DNA from: Macrostomum hystrix
Lineage: Eukaryota; Animalia; Platyhelminthes
Length of the DNA: 64,000 nucleotides
Direction of reading: 5' to 3'
Assembly (NCBI GenBank): GCA_950097015.1
Contig: CATNEN010000029.1
Span: forward strand, 4,216,001-4,280,000
Positions within the stretch are counted from its first letter, which is position 1, and every line of letters begins with the position of its first letter. The notes below the pieces were generated by a model. The model was not told where the DNA came from. It saw nothing but the letters and a program-made list of their open reading frames with translations, and made no database searches. Position numbers and translations under genes: made by a program. This document shows positions 37,001-45,523 of the stretch, in pieces.

Positions 37001-38932
37001 TTCCGCTGACTCCTGAGCACACGCGCACAGATACTGCACGCAGGCACACTTCCTCATCGTCAGGCAGTGTACACTTCACTGTGCCTTGGAGGTTGGTGTA
37101 AATTGCACTCCCTCCCACTGTAAATTGATCTGAACACTGCACAGAATCAAGCGATGGTCTCACCAGCTTCTCTGATCAGCAGTTTGAGTTTGGTGACAAA
37201 GTTGACCAGGTAGAGGCTGTAGATCTCGCTGCCGGCGCTGCCGCAGGACTGAATCCGCACTGGAGCCGAGCCGCTACTACTGCAGGCACTACTGCAGCTG
37301 GCGTTGAGCATTGTGCTGTTGGGACTGAGCGGCGAGACCCGACCGCAGAAGCAGTTGACACCGGACACTGAGGCGTAGCTAGGGAACCAGTATGGCAATT
37401 GCTTTTTCTAGCAGCATCTATACTTCAGGGGAAAATCTTCAGGGAGAAATCTTCAGGAAGAAATCTTTAAGAAAAAGTCTTTGAGAAAAAATCTTCAGGA
37501 CGAAATGTTCAAGAAGAAATCTTCAGGAAGAAACCTTCAGGGATAAATCTTCAGGAAGGAATCTTCAGGACTAAATCTTCAGGAAGAAATTTTCAGGAAG
37601 AAATCTTCAGGAAGAAATCTTCAGGAAGAAATCTTCAGGAAGAAATCTTTGGGACGAAATGTTAAAGAAGAAATTTTCAGAAAAATATTATTAAAAAGAA
37701 ATATCAAAAAATTTTTTTCTGTAAGTTATTTACCCCGTTGGATTTCCGGTGTCACTCAGTCCGTGACAGGAGGTGATGCACAGCTCAGCAGTTGACAGTC
37801 CTGTCAGCTCTGATGTTGCCAGGTTTGGCAGGCCGGGATTCGCACGGATTCTCCGGCCACCGATTGGCTTCGAGTAGCAGGCGACTAGCTCCGGGTCTGA
37901 GCGAGAGTTCACGAATGAGATCATAGGTTCATGAGTGAGATCATGAGTTCATGAGTGAGATCATGAGTTCATGTGAGAAATATTGAGTTCATGAGTGAGA
38001 TCATGAGTTCATGAGTGAGATCATGAGTTCATGTGAGAAATATTGAGTTCATGAGTGAGATCATGAGTTCATGAGTGAGATCATGAGTTCATGTGAGAAA
38101 TATTGAGTTCATGAGTGAGATCATGAGTTCATGTGAGAAATATTGAGTTCATGAGTGAGATCATGAGTTCATGTGAGAAATATTGAGTTCATGAGTGAGA
38201 TCATGAGTTCATGTGAGAAATATTGAGTTCATGAGTGAGATCATGAGTTCATGTGAGAAATATTGAGTTCATGAGTGAGATCATGAGTTCATGAGTGAGA
38301 TCATGAGTTCATGAGTGAGATCATGAGTTCATGTGAGAAATATTGAGTTCATGAGTGAGATCATGAGTTCATGTGAGAAATATTGAGTTCATGAGTGAGA
38401 TCATGAGTGAATTCTTGAGTTTGTGAGCGAAATCATGAGTGAGTTCATGAGTTGGCAAGTGAGATCATAAGTGAAATCATGAGCGAGATCAAAAGTGAGT
38501 TCATGAGTTCATGAGCGAGATCACGATTGAGATCGTGAGTTCATCGGTGGGATCAAGATTGCGATCGTGAGTTAATCGATGGGATCAAGATTGCGATCGT
38601 GAGTTCATCGATGGGATCAAGATTGCGATCGTGAGTTCATTTTTGGGATCATGAGTGAGATCGTGAGTTCATTATTGGGATCATGAGTGAGATCGTGAGT
38701 TCATTATTGGGATCATGAGTGAGATCGCGAGTTCATGGATGGGATCAAGAGTGAGATCGCGAGTTCATGGATGGGATCAAGAGTGAGATCGTGAGTTCAT
38801 GAGTTCATATTTGAGGGAATGAGTGAGTCAACAAGCAGATAACCTACCAGCAATATCTGCAGCCAAGGCGGCACTGGCTATCGCCAGTGCAATCGACAAG
38901 AACGGCCAGCATGACCGCTGCAGGATTGCCAT
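9874..38932 (-). CDS. PKD1-like: Polycystin-1-like (PKD1 family) protein, 32 coding exons, about 4,155 aa
   Basis: Hand-spliced exons sum to 12,468 nt (divisible by 3). Phases match at all junctions if two GC donors and one weak acceptor are accepted. Domain order: signal peptide, WSC, PKD repeats (WDFGDG/WNFGDG), REJ, GPS (C-x-YF...C-x-x-HAT), TM1, PLAT, TMs, TOP, PKD-channel-like S1-S6, short tail. Family call is from recognised motifs; the exact orthologue is not determined. Confidence 0.93.
10190..10480. repeat. 17-18 bp CT-rich repeat CTCTACCCAATCTTCCC (intron 31)
   Basis: Direct inspection. Confidence 0.9.
10688..10954 (-). CDS. PKD1-like: PKD1-like exon 31: S6
   Basis: KFDF...VLGPIFFFIYILFVSFILINFFVSIISESF...NDYEVVDYL. 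Confidence 0.94.
11065..12620. repeat. 44/50 bp minisatellite GTGTCAGTGACATGCAAGCGAAGTGTCA(GTGTCA)GCGTATGGACAGCAGG (intron 30)
   Basis: About 33 copies of two length variants. Confidence 0.96.
12722..12977 (-). CDS. PKD1-like: PKD1-like exon 30: S4-S5 and pore helix
   Basis: IRFLRILSFNRKVNML...FAFVQLGYLLF...FSTVVASLETL. Confidence 0.94.
13170..13985. repeat. 69 bp minisatellite (intron 29)
   Basis: CCACCCGCAA at 13271 and 13340 (period 69); degenerate flanking copies. Confidence 0.95.
14021..14179 (-). CDS. PKD1-like: PKD1-like exon 29: S3
   Basis: NAFDVMDFLFILVSIVEVALF...VSFAWLTMWHE; phase 0/0. Confidence 0.9.
14402..14838 (-). CDS. PKD1-like: PKD1-like exon 28: TOP domain and S2
   Basis: YGGGGYVASLG...GWLDLGTRAVFVEFLLYNPNTNLY is a polycystin TOP signature. 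Confidence 0.95.
15497..16011 (-). CDS. PKD1-like: PKD1-like exon 27: TM6 (S1) and TOP domain start
   Basis: ERELKMQDIIKDILFYILF...LLLARSLQLRQLR...C. Confidence 0.93.
16110..16300. repeat. 11 bp repeat GTCACACCCAA (intron 26)
   Basis: Direct inspection. Confidence 0.85.
16325..16760 (-). CDS. PKD1-like: PKD1-like exon 26: TM4-TM5
   Basis: LPWWSHIVAH...EWLAAMTIGLLQSIVLVQPIK. Confidence 0.93.
17064..17592 (-). CDS. PKD1-like: PKD1-like exon 25: TM2-TM3
   Basis: DGHIWLSVVTRPPRSRFTRVQRATACLTLLMSTMMVNLMF is a conserved PKD1-family motif. Confidence 0.95.
17898..18198 (-). CDS. PKD1-like: PKD1-like exon 24: PLAT/LH2 domain
   Basis: AGTSANV...VRMWHDNSGTAPAWYL...YFICNRWLA is a hallmark polycystin PLAT sequence. 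Confidence 0.95.
18240..18325. repeat. 24 bp repeat CAGTACAGATTCTCAATGGTCATT (intron 23)
   Basis: About 3.5 copies. Confidence 0.85.
18350..18651 (-). CDS. PKD1-like: PKD1-like exon 23: GPS cleavage site and TM1
   Basis: TTTQCFSRHATSFMASAFVPP...FALCLALVCLYCIVLLWARKRD...YEITIWTG. Confidence 0.92.
18705..18880. repeat. 16 bp repeat TCTCATCTCTCCCGTG (intron 22)
   Basis: Reverse complement of the 45205-45497 unit. Confidence 0.92.
18895..19123 (-). CDS. PKD1-like: PKD1-like exon 22: GPS N-part (5' boundary uncertain)
   Basis: YIGVRAF...AYEFTIFTAGCFYFNQASQAMDDYGMI. The phase-compatible acceptor at 19123 is weak; the stronger one at 19134 is out of phase. Confidence 0.78.
19150..19540. repeat. 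Degenerate repeat GATTCTAATTGGTCGAGAGGG (intron 21)
   Basis: Imperfect recurring core. Confidence 0.75.
19570..20180 (-). CDS. PKD1-like: PKD1-like exon 21: Cys/Ser-rich insert in GAIN-B
   Basis: 204-aa ORF ending DPWTCFLPPSLLG; CAG acceptor, AA|GTAAGC donor. Confidence 0.85.
20287..20670 (-). CDS. PKD1-like: PKD1-like exon 20: GAIN-B
   Basis: RNVYAGAKSGTNMTSNMYAFSFENPEGGQVRLANL; CAG acceptor, GTAAAA donor. Confidence 0.87.
20883..21115 (+). mobile_element. tRNA-derived SINE, copy A
   Basis: Pol III box A TAGCCTAGTGG and box B-like GGTCGATTCC; body matches copy B (CAGATGCACC..TGTGCTGTTGGCTGCACA..TGTAGTC); ATT-rich tail. Confidence 0.78.
21139..21284 (-). CDS. PKD1-like: PKD1-like exon 19
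   Basis: ...GDNAFQVPYSLNP...; TAG acceptor, GTAAGA donor; phases 1/0. Confidence 0.83.
21399..21834 (-). CDS. PKD1-like: PKD1-like exon 18: helical GAIN-A region
   Basis: Open frame with ...CLAKKNVIGERPM; CAG acceptor, GTGAGA donor. Confidence 0.87.
22095..22612 (-). CDS. PKD1-like: PKD1-like exon 17: REJ end
   Basis: STLPVGLKRYNYDLTLCIEVKDSVGE is the REJ LPxG...VxDxxG motif. Confidence 0.9.
22761..22973 (-). CDS. PKD1-like: PKD1-like exon 16: REJ (GC donor)
   Basis: NKAPDLSTLRVTVSPPSGIGLLTLFQVYCSGADDEDVPLIYS is a REJ motif; phase-compatible donor AAG|GCAGGT. Confidence 0.82.
23134..23187 (-). CDS. PKD1-like: PKD1-like exon 15 (54 nt): REJ
   Basis: YHLIRISCWRGDDQDNA; TTTTCAG acceptor, GTCAGT donor. 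Confidence 0.78.
23355..23623 (-). CDS. PKD1-like: PKD1-like exon 14: REJ (CVSNC motif)
   Basis: CVSNCGQG...YSFYWDFSG; phases 2/1 fit. Confidence 0.85.
23716..27311 (-). CDS. PKD1-like: PKD1-like exon 13 (about 3.6 kb): about 7 PKD repeats and REJ start
   Basis: 1194-aa ORF with repeated H/Y-x-Y-x-x-x-G-x-Y...N-x-x-S PKD signatures and WNFGDG. The 5' boundary 27311 was chosen for phase 0 (27289 is a phase-1 alternative). Donor CA|GTGAGT. Confidence 0.92.
27385..27666 (-). mobile_element. tRNA-derived SINE, copy B, with V-domain-like motif
   Basis: Minus strand: GGGGTTGTAGCTTAGTGG...GGTTCGATTCC, then TGTGTCCTTTAGCAAGACACTT (27560-27584); 3' part shared with copy A. Confidence 0.82.
27831..28099 (-). 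CDS. PKD1-like: PKD1-like exon 12
   Basis: NGCTDFTMSVEASR...FQPVTS; donor GTTAGC, phase 0. Confidence 0.8.
28237..28410 (-). CDS. PKD1-like: PKD1-like exon 11
   Basis: SYWECVNYTLNRFGD...IYFSA; TTTTCAG acceptor, GTGAGC donor. Confidence 0.82.
28506..28598 (-). CDS. PKD1-like: PKD1-like exon 10 (not in ORF track)
   Basis: LSSSLLDWQFFRIPGLLPNASLPTVLRIAN; TTTCAG acceptor, GTTAGC donor; 93 nt, phase 1/1. Confidence 0.72.
29010..29960. repeat. 16 bp minisatellite GGGATTTTAGTGAATT (intron 9)
   Basis: About 58 copies with an internal block duplication; reverse complement of the 46.9 and 48.6 kb arrays. Confidence 0.95.
30082..30193 (-). CDS. PKD1-like: PKD1-like exon 9 (GC donor)
   Basis: SSVELLDEVG...LRIYLSQ; strong acceptor TTTTTACTCTCCAG; the only phase-compatible donor is AAG|GCGAGT. 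Confidence 0.75.
30531..30724 (-). CDS. PKD1-like: PKD1-like exon 8: canonical PKD domain
   Basis: FYWDFGDGATLTTMALTASHTYVRPGRYTVNLQAKNYIS. Confidence 0.92.
30838..30925. repeat. 12 bp repeat GACAATCCATCA (intron 7)
   Basis: About 7 copies. Confidence 0.9.
30965..33220. repeat. 21-22 bp minisatellite GTAAGCCC(C)TCAGTTCCATCAA(G/T) (intron 7)
   Basis: About 100 copies. Confidence 0.97.
33257..33980 (-). CDS. PKD1-like: PKD1-like exon 7 (Cys-rich beta module)
   Basis: IWRPSCSLSGFTFCPRLQLC...VQVPLGNISFSCQPQ; polypyrimidine CAG acceptor, GTGAGT donor. Confidence 0.88.
34047..34156 (-). mobile_element. Dispersed repeat family 2, 5'-truncated copy 3
   Basis: Nearly identical to the 3' 110 bp of copy 2. 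Confidence 0.72.
34189..34343 (-). CDS. PKD1-like: PKD1-like exon 6
   Basis: DTQPFRLG...YFLRDQNFSMNATVVGFQYRALSNGTANFQ; CAG acceptor, GTAAAT donor. Confidence 0.85.
34385..34562. repeat. (ACTC)n microsatellite (intron 5)
   Basis: About 44 units. Confidence 0.97.
35030..35925. repeat. 15-16 bp composite repeat TAAGGCGAGGGAGAG / TAAGGCGAGGTGTAGT (intron 5)
   Basis: Alternating variants. Confidence 0.93.
35980..36207 (-). CDS. PKD1-like: PKD1-like exon 5 (degenerate PKD/Ig-like, SVDLGDG)
   Basis: Open frame; CAG acceptor, GTGAGT donor; phase 1/1. Confidence 0.8.
36262..36455. repeat. 12 bp repeat CATGAACTCACT (intron 4)
   Basis: Direct inspection. Confidence 0.88.
36487..36711 (-). CDS. PKD1-like: PKD1-like exon 4 (unclassified extracellular)
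   Basis: Open frame between CAG acceptor and GTGTGT donor; phase 1/1 fits neighbours. Confidence 0.8.
36765..36875 (-). mobile_element. tRNA-derived SINE, copy C (head fragment)
   Basis: GTCGGACTCACGAATCGAAGGTCGGGAGTTCGATTCC...CCCTTTAGCAGGACAATT is homologous to copies A and B. Confidence 0.7.
36912..37096 (-). mobile_element. Dispersed repeat family 2, copy 2
   Basis: Colinear with the 56275-56498 copy apart from an internal gap; ATT-type tail near 36912-36925. Confidence 0.75.
37164..37378 (-). CDS. PKD1-like: PKD1-like exon 3: WSC domain C-half
   Basis: YASVSGVNCFCG...CSSACSSSGSAPVRIQSCGSAGSEIYSLY is a typical WSC Cys pattern. Confidence 0.9.
37425..37680. repeat. 14 bp repeat AAATCTTCAGGAAG (intron 2)
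   Basis: Direct inspection. Confidence 0.88.
37734..37896 (-). CDS. PKD1-like: PKD1-like exon 2: WSC domain N-half
   Basis: DPELVACYSKP...LSTAELCITSC; CAG acceptor and GTAAAT donor. Confidence 0.85.
37915..38815. repeat. 20-21 bp repeat GAGTTCATGAGTGAGATCAT (intron 1)
   Basis: Homogeneous 5' part, diverging 3' part. Confidence 0.93.
38848..38932 (-). CDS. PKD1-like: PKD1-like exon 1: start codon and signal peptide
   Basis: ATG at 38932; MAILQRSCWPFLSIALAIASAALAADIA; donor G|GTAGGT, phase 1 matches exon 2. Confidence 0.85.
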
Positions 38933-39974
38933 AACTGCGCAAGTTTAGGTCCGTTAAGAATCGACCAAAAATTGATGCCTGCAAGCCACTAGAGAAAGAT
39001 TTGAAGCGTTAAATACAGAAACTATCTGTCCAATGAGGGCGCACCAAGTGCTATCAAAGCAGTTTCAGCAGGTTTTACTCGCGTCCGAGGTAAACTTAAT
39101 GCCCCCTTCCCAAAAAACTGGCGAGTAAAATTTTCTCTAGCAGTCAAACAGCATTTCCGCCTCCCCCATCCCCTAAGTATCTTCCTTCACCTGTCAGAGT
39201 TGATGCTTGATCAGCATTCGGTCTTTACCGATCCGCCCGCAAACTCCTGTCAGTTAGGAAATATTGCGCGCAAATGGATGAGGAAAAGAGCTCCATATTG
39301 ATCCAACTTAACTTCCTGAGTTATCCCATCTTCCGGCAATGTGACAAGGCAGCAAATTGTCATTGAAGCCTACCGACTGGCTTCTCTCAGATAAACACAA
39401 GCGAAATACAAACCGCGTTGCTATGGACTCAATTTTCACACCTTCTGACGGATTCGAAGGGAGATGCAGGGCTGCTCACCTCATCTCATTCTGTGAGAAG
39501 CTGGAGAATATGCAAAAACACTCAGCAGGTGATCGATCATAGACTCTAAAATCATTTTCTGGCTTTATCATCTTTTCCTAGCAGAAGTGCGTCTTGAGTT
39601 GTTTGTCTTGCTTCCATTGAGTCGCATCACAAAATATGCTGAAAAAGCTATCTCTCGCTGTTTGGAGATTCTGAAATACTCAAGCTAAGAAACCTCATTT
39701 GAAGCATGCATAAGAAAATGAATTAAAAATTATTATACAGCCCCTCACAGCTCATCTCTGTAGGCCTTTTGTGACGAGTGAAGCTGTCAATGTTTGATAA
39801 ATTATTGTACTACTAATTAGTGACTACTGATCAAAGTTAGAAGTAGTGCGAAAAGCATTTGCATTTAGTATAGAAATGGTTAGGATAAAATTTGAGTAGA
39901 ACCTTTTGATCCGCTCCCATCCCCTAATATCACAGTATTTTATCTCCTTACCTCAGAGTCTCTGATCTCCTTAA

Positions 39975-42900
39975 TCTCACAGTCTCTAGTCTATAATCTC
40001 ACAGTCTCTAATCTCACAGTCTCTAATCTCAGAGTCTCTAATCTCACAGTCTCTAATCTCACAGTCTCTAATCTCACAGTCTCTAGTCTATAATCTCACA
40101 GTCTCTAATCTCACAGTCTCTAATCTCAGAGTCTCTAATCTCACAGTCTCTAATCTCACAGTCTCTAATCTCACAGTCTCTAATCTCACAGTCTCTAACC
40201 TAACAGTCTCTAATCTCACAGTCTCTAATCTCAAGTCTCTAACCTAACAGTCTCTAATCTCACAGTCTCTAATCTCACAGTCTCTAATCTCACAGTCTCT
40301 AATCTCACAGTCTCTAATCTCACAGTCTCTAACCTAACAGTCTCTAATCTCACAGTCTCTAACCTAACAGTCTCTAATCTCACAGTCTCTAATCTCACAG
40401 TCTCTAGTCTCTAATCTCACAGTCTCAAATCTCACAGTCTCTAATCTCACTGCCTCTAATCTCACAGTCTCTAACCTAACAGTCTCTAACCTCACAGTCT
40501 CTAACCTAACAGTCTCTAATCTCACAGTCTCTAATCTCACAGTCTCTAATCTCACAGTCTCTAATCTCACAGTCTCTAATCTCAGTCTCTAATCTCACAG
40601 TCTCTAATCTCACAGTCTCTAATCTCACAGTCTCTAACCTAACAGTCTCTAATCGCACTGTCTCTAATCTCACAGTCTCTTATCTCACAGTCTCTAACCT
40701 AACAGTCTCTAATCGCACAGTCTATAATCTCACAGTCTCTAACATAACAGTCTCTAATCGCACTGTCTCTAATCGCACAGTCTCTAATCTCACAGTCTCT
40801 AACCTAACAGTCTCTAATCTCACAGTCTCTAACCTAACAGTCTCTAATCTCACAGTCTCTAATCTCACAGTCTCTAGTCTCTAATCTCACAGTCTCTAAT
40901 CTCACAGTCTCTAATCTCACAGTCTCTAATCTCACAGTCTCTAATCTCACAGTCTCTAATCTCACAGTCTCTAATCTCACAGTCTCTAATCTCACAGTCT
41001 CTAATCTCACAGTCTCTAATCTCACAGTCTCTAATCTCACAGTCTCTAATCTCACAGTCTCTAACCTAACAGTCTCTAATCTCACTGTCTCTAATCTCAC
41101 TGTTTCTAATCTCACAGTCTCTAATCTCACAGTCTCTAACCTAACAGTCTCTAATCTCACAGTCTCTAATCTCACTGTTTCTAATCTCACAGTCTCTAAC
41201 CTAACAGTCTCTAATCTCACTGTCTCTAATCTCACAGTCTCTAATCTCACTGTCTCTAATCTCACAGTCTCTAGTCTCTAATCTCACAGTCTCTAATCTC
41301 ACAGTCTCTAATCTCACAGTCTCTAACCTAACAGTCTCTAATCTCACAGTCTCTAATCTCACTGTCTCTAATCTCACAGTCTCTAGTCTCTAATCTCACA
41401 GTCTCTAATCTCACAGTCTCTAATCTCACAGTCTCTAACCTAACAGTCTCTAATCGCACTGTCTCTAATCTCACAGTCTCTTATCTCACAGTCTCTAACC
41501 TAACAGTCTCTAATCGCACAGTCTCTAATCTCACAGTCTCTTATCTCACAGTCTCTAACCTAACAGTCTCTAATCGCACAGTCTCTAATCTCACAGTCTC
41601 TAATCTCACAGTCTCTAATCTCAGTCTCTAATCTCACAGTCTCTAATCTCACAGTCTCTAATCTCACAGTCTCTAACCTAACAGTCTCTAATCGCACTGT
41701 CTCTAATCTCACAGTCTCTTATCTCACAGTCTCTAACCTAACAGTCTCTAATCGCACAGTCTATAATCTCACAGTCTCTAACATAACAGTCTCTAATCGC
41801 ACTGTCTCTAATCGCACAGTCTCTAATCTCACAGTCTCTAACCTAACAGTCTCTAATCTCACAGTCTCTAACCTAACAGTCTCTAATCTCACAGTCTCTA
41901 ATCTCACAGTCTCTAGTCTCTAATCTCACAGTCTCTAATCTCACAGTCTCTAATCTCACAGTCTCTAATCTCACAGTCTCTAATCTCACAGTCTCTAATC
42001 TCACAGTCTCTAATCTCACAGTCTCTAATCTCAAGTCTCTAATCTCACAGTCTCTAATCTCACAGTCTCTAATCTCACAGTCTCTAACCTAACAGTCTCT
42101 AATCTCACTGTCTCTAATCTCACTGTTTCTAATCTCACAGTCTCTAATCTCACAGTCTCTAACCTAACAGTCTCTAATCTCACAGTCTCTAATCTCACTG
42201 TTTCTAATCTCACAGTCTCTAACCTAACAGTCTCTAATCGCACTGTCTCTAATCTCACAGTCTCTAATCTCACAGTCTCTAACCTAACAGTCTCTAATCG
42301 CACAGTCTCTAATCTCACAGTCTCTTATCTCACAGTCTCTAACCTAACAGTCTCTAATCGCACAGTCTCTAATCTCACAGTCTCTAATCTCACAGTCTCT
42401 AACCTAACAGTCTCTAATCGCACTGTCTCTAATCTCACAGTCTCTTATCTCACAGTCTCTAACCTAACAGTCTCTAATCGCACAGTCTATAATCTCACAG
42501 TCTCTAACATAACAGTCTCTAATCGCACTGTCTCTAATCGCACAGTCTCTAATCTCACAGTCTCTAACCTAACAGTCTCTAATCTCACAGTCTCTAACCT
42601 AACAGTCTCTAATCTCACAGTCTCTAATCTCACAGTCTCTAGTCTCTAATCTCACAGTCTCTAATCTCACAGTCTCTAATCTCACAGTCTCTAATCTCAC
42701 AGTCTCTAATCTCACAGTCTCTAATCTCACAGTCTCTAATCTCACAGTCTCTAATCTCACAGTCTCTAATCTCACAGTCTCTAATCTCACAGTCTCTAAT
42801 CTCACAGTCTCTAATCTCACAGTCTCTAACCTAACAGTCTCTAATCTCACTGTCTCTAATCTCACTGTTTCTAATCTCACAGTCTCTAATCTCACAGTCT

Positions 42901-43200
42901 CTAACCTAACAGTCTCTAATCTCACAGTCTCTAATCTCACTGTTTCTAATCTCACAGTCTCTAACCTAACAGTCTCTAATCGCACTGTCTCTAATCTCAC
43001 AGTCTCTAACCTAACAGTCTCTAATCGCACAGTCTCTAACCTAACAGTCTCTAACATAACAGTCTCTAATCGCACTGTCTCTAATCGCACAGTCTCTAAT
43101 CTCACAGTCTCTAACCTAACAGTCTCTAATCTCACAGTGTCTGATCTCTTAATCTCACAGTCTCCAATCCCCTAATCTCACAGTCTCTAATCTCCTAATT
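39975..43200. repeat. 15 bp minisatellite TCTCTAATCTCACAG with higher-order structure
   Basis: About 210 copies; rare variant blocks recur at about 40720, 41760 and 42490. Confidence 0.97.
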
Positions 43201-43599
43201 TCATAGTCCCTTATTCCTTATCCCTTATTCCCTTATTCCTAATCTACAGCCTCTAATCTTCTGATCCCGCAGTCTCTAGTTTCTAAATCTCAGATCGAAT
43301 TTTTAATTCCCTCAAATCTAAAGTCTCAGTGAGCTTAATATCATATCCCTAATCGCGGAGTTCTTAAAAGTGCATATTGTACTATTAAAATGAGGCATTC
43401 TAAACACCCAATCTCCTTAACCAAATCAACCTAGGTCCACTGAGAAAGCTTTAACTGAATATCGGTTTCTTGTGAAATCAAAATAACAACTTAAGTAGCG
43501 TGACGGACCCCGCCGGCAAACCCAAACCAACCGTAACTGCACAGTTCGTGTGCCTGTGCCGAATATCGCATGTCAGACAGAATCATCTAGCCGGACTTC

Positions 43600-43870
43600 C
43601 TTCCTTCATAACGGGTAGGGGACATTGATGCGATTAAATTTGTTCATTGAAAACCGAAGCCTAGCCAATCAGAGACTAGCTAGAGTTGTAACCATGCGTG
43701 CTTGTCCGCCGACCAATAAGGGATATTGGCTTCAGATTTGATAGGTAAGGCAGGCGCAAAATATGTCTCATACTTGATCATGCTGCTTTGCTAGTTGACT
43801 TGGGCTAACTCACAATCTGATTCCAAGTGGCCGACTGCACTTTAGAGAACATTTTTACTGACAAGGTGAG
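43600..43870 (+). promoter_or_regulatory. Candidate promoter and 5'UTR exon of the GPCR
   Basis: Unique island between two satellites, with CCAAT boxes (AGCCAATC about 43662, GACCAAT about 43711, ATTGG about 43726) and a strong donor AAG|GTGAGT at 43865/43866. Inference only. Confidence 0.35.
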
Positions 43871-43939
43871 TAACATATATTTATTGCTATTATGATTAAG
43901 AAACTTTTAGTTGAATGTTTTTTTAAAAAACTTTCTAAA

Positions 43940-44765
43940 ATGAGACACAGTGAGACACATTGAGAGACACAGTGAGAGACAGTGAGAGACACAGTGAGAG
44001 AGACAGTGAGAGACAGTGACAGACAGTGAGACACAGTGAGAGACAGTGAGAGACAGTGAGAGACACAGTGAGAGACACAGTGAGAGAGACAGTGAGAGAC
44101 AGTGACAGACAGTGAGAGACACAGTGAGAGACACAGTGAGAGACACAGTGAGAGACACAGTGAGAGACACAGTGAGAAACACAGTGAGAGACACAGTGAG
44201 AGACACAGTGAGAGACAGTGAGACACAGTGAGAGACACAGTGAGAGACACAGTGAGAGACACAGTGAGAGACACAGTGAGAGACACAGTGAGAGACACAG
44301 TGAGAGACACAGTGAGAGACACAGTGAGAGACAGCGAGAGACACAGTGAGACACAGTGAGAGACACAGTGAGAGACACAGTGAGAGACACAGTGAGAGAC
44401 AGTGAGACACAGTGAGAGACACAGTGAGAGACACAGTGAGAGACACAGTGAGAGACACAGTGAGAGACACAGTGAGAGACACAGTGAGAAACACAGTGAG
44501 AGACACAGTGAGAGACACAGTGAGAGACAGTGAGAGACACAGTGAGAGACAGTGAGAGACACAGTGAGAGACACAGTGAGAGACACAGTGAGAGACACAG
44601 TGAGAGACACAGTTAAAAGAGTCTCAGTCACTAAGACTCACTGTGTCTCACTGAATTGTGTCTCTCACGGGCCAGTGAGAGACACTGTGAGAGACACAGT
44701 GAGAGACAGTGAGAGACAGTGAGAGACACAGTGAGATAGTGAGAGACACAGTGAGATACAATAAG
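43940..44765. repeat. 10-12 bp repeat GAGACACAGTGA
   Basis: Direct inspection. Confidence 0.95.
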
Positions 44766-45204
44766 AGACAATATTGTTTAAAGTGTATCGTGAATTATTG
44801 GAATTTCGGGACTAGAACTCGGGGTGCACAGTTTTTTGCCCATTGCTGCACTGTTTCTTACTAACTTGGACTTCTCAAGCTCACGCTGATAAACTCCGTC
44901 TCCCTTGAGTGAACTCCAAGGGAGTTGAGACTATGGCTTATTGTGGAGCCTGATATCAGTGTTGAAATCTTTCCAGTTTATTGCTCGCTAATAAAAGCTA
45001 GATTCGATTTGTGACTGTCATTTACAATATCTTATTATTAGTAGGACTTGTATATCACATTGATACTGCTCATATTATACTCGTACTAGCGGTAACTAAG
45101 GGGTCAGCTACCTTATTTGATAGCGGGCCAAAGAGAGACCCTAAAAGATGACAGTTGGCCGCATTGACTGTAGAAATATGAGATATGAGAGATTACACAA
45201 AGAA

Positions 45205-45497
45205 GAGATCACAGGGGAGATGAGACACGGGAGAGATGAGACACGGGAGAGATGAGACACGGGAGAGATGAGACACGGGAGAGATGAGACACGGGAGAGA
45301 TGAGACACGGGAGAGATGAGACACGGGAGAGATGAGACACGGGAGAGATGAGACACGGGAGAGATGAGACACGGGAGAGATGAGACACGGGAGAGATGAG
45401 ACACGGTAGAGATGAGACACGGGAGAGATGAGACACGGGAGAGATGAGACACGGGAGAGATGAGACACGGGAGAGATGAGACACAGGAGAGATGAGA
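45205..45497. repeat. 16 bp repeat GAGATGAGACACGGGA
   Basis: About 17 near-perfect copies. Confidence 0.95.
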
Positions 45498-45523
45498 GGA
45501 GGATACTATAGGTGTCGGAAGGG

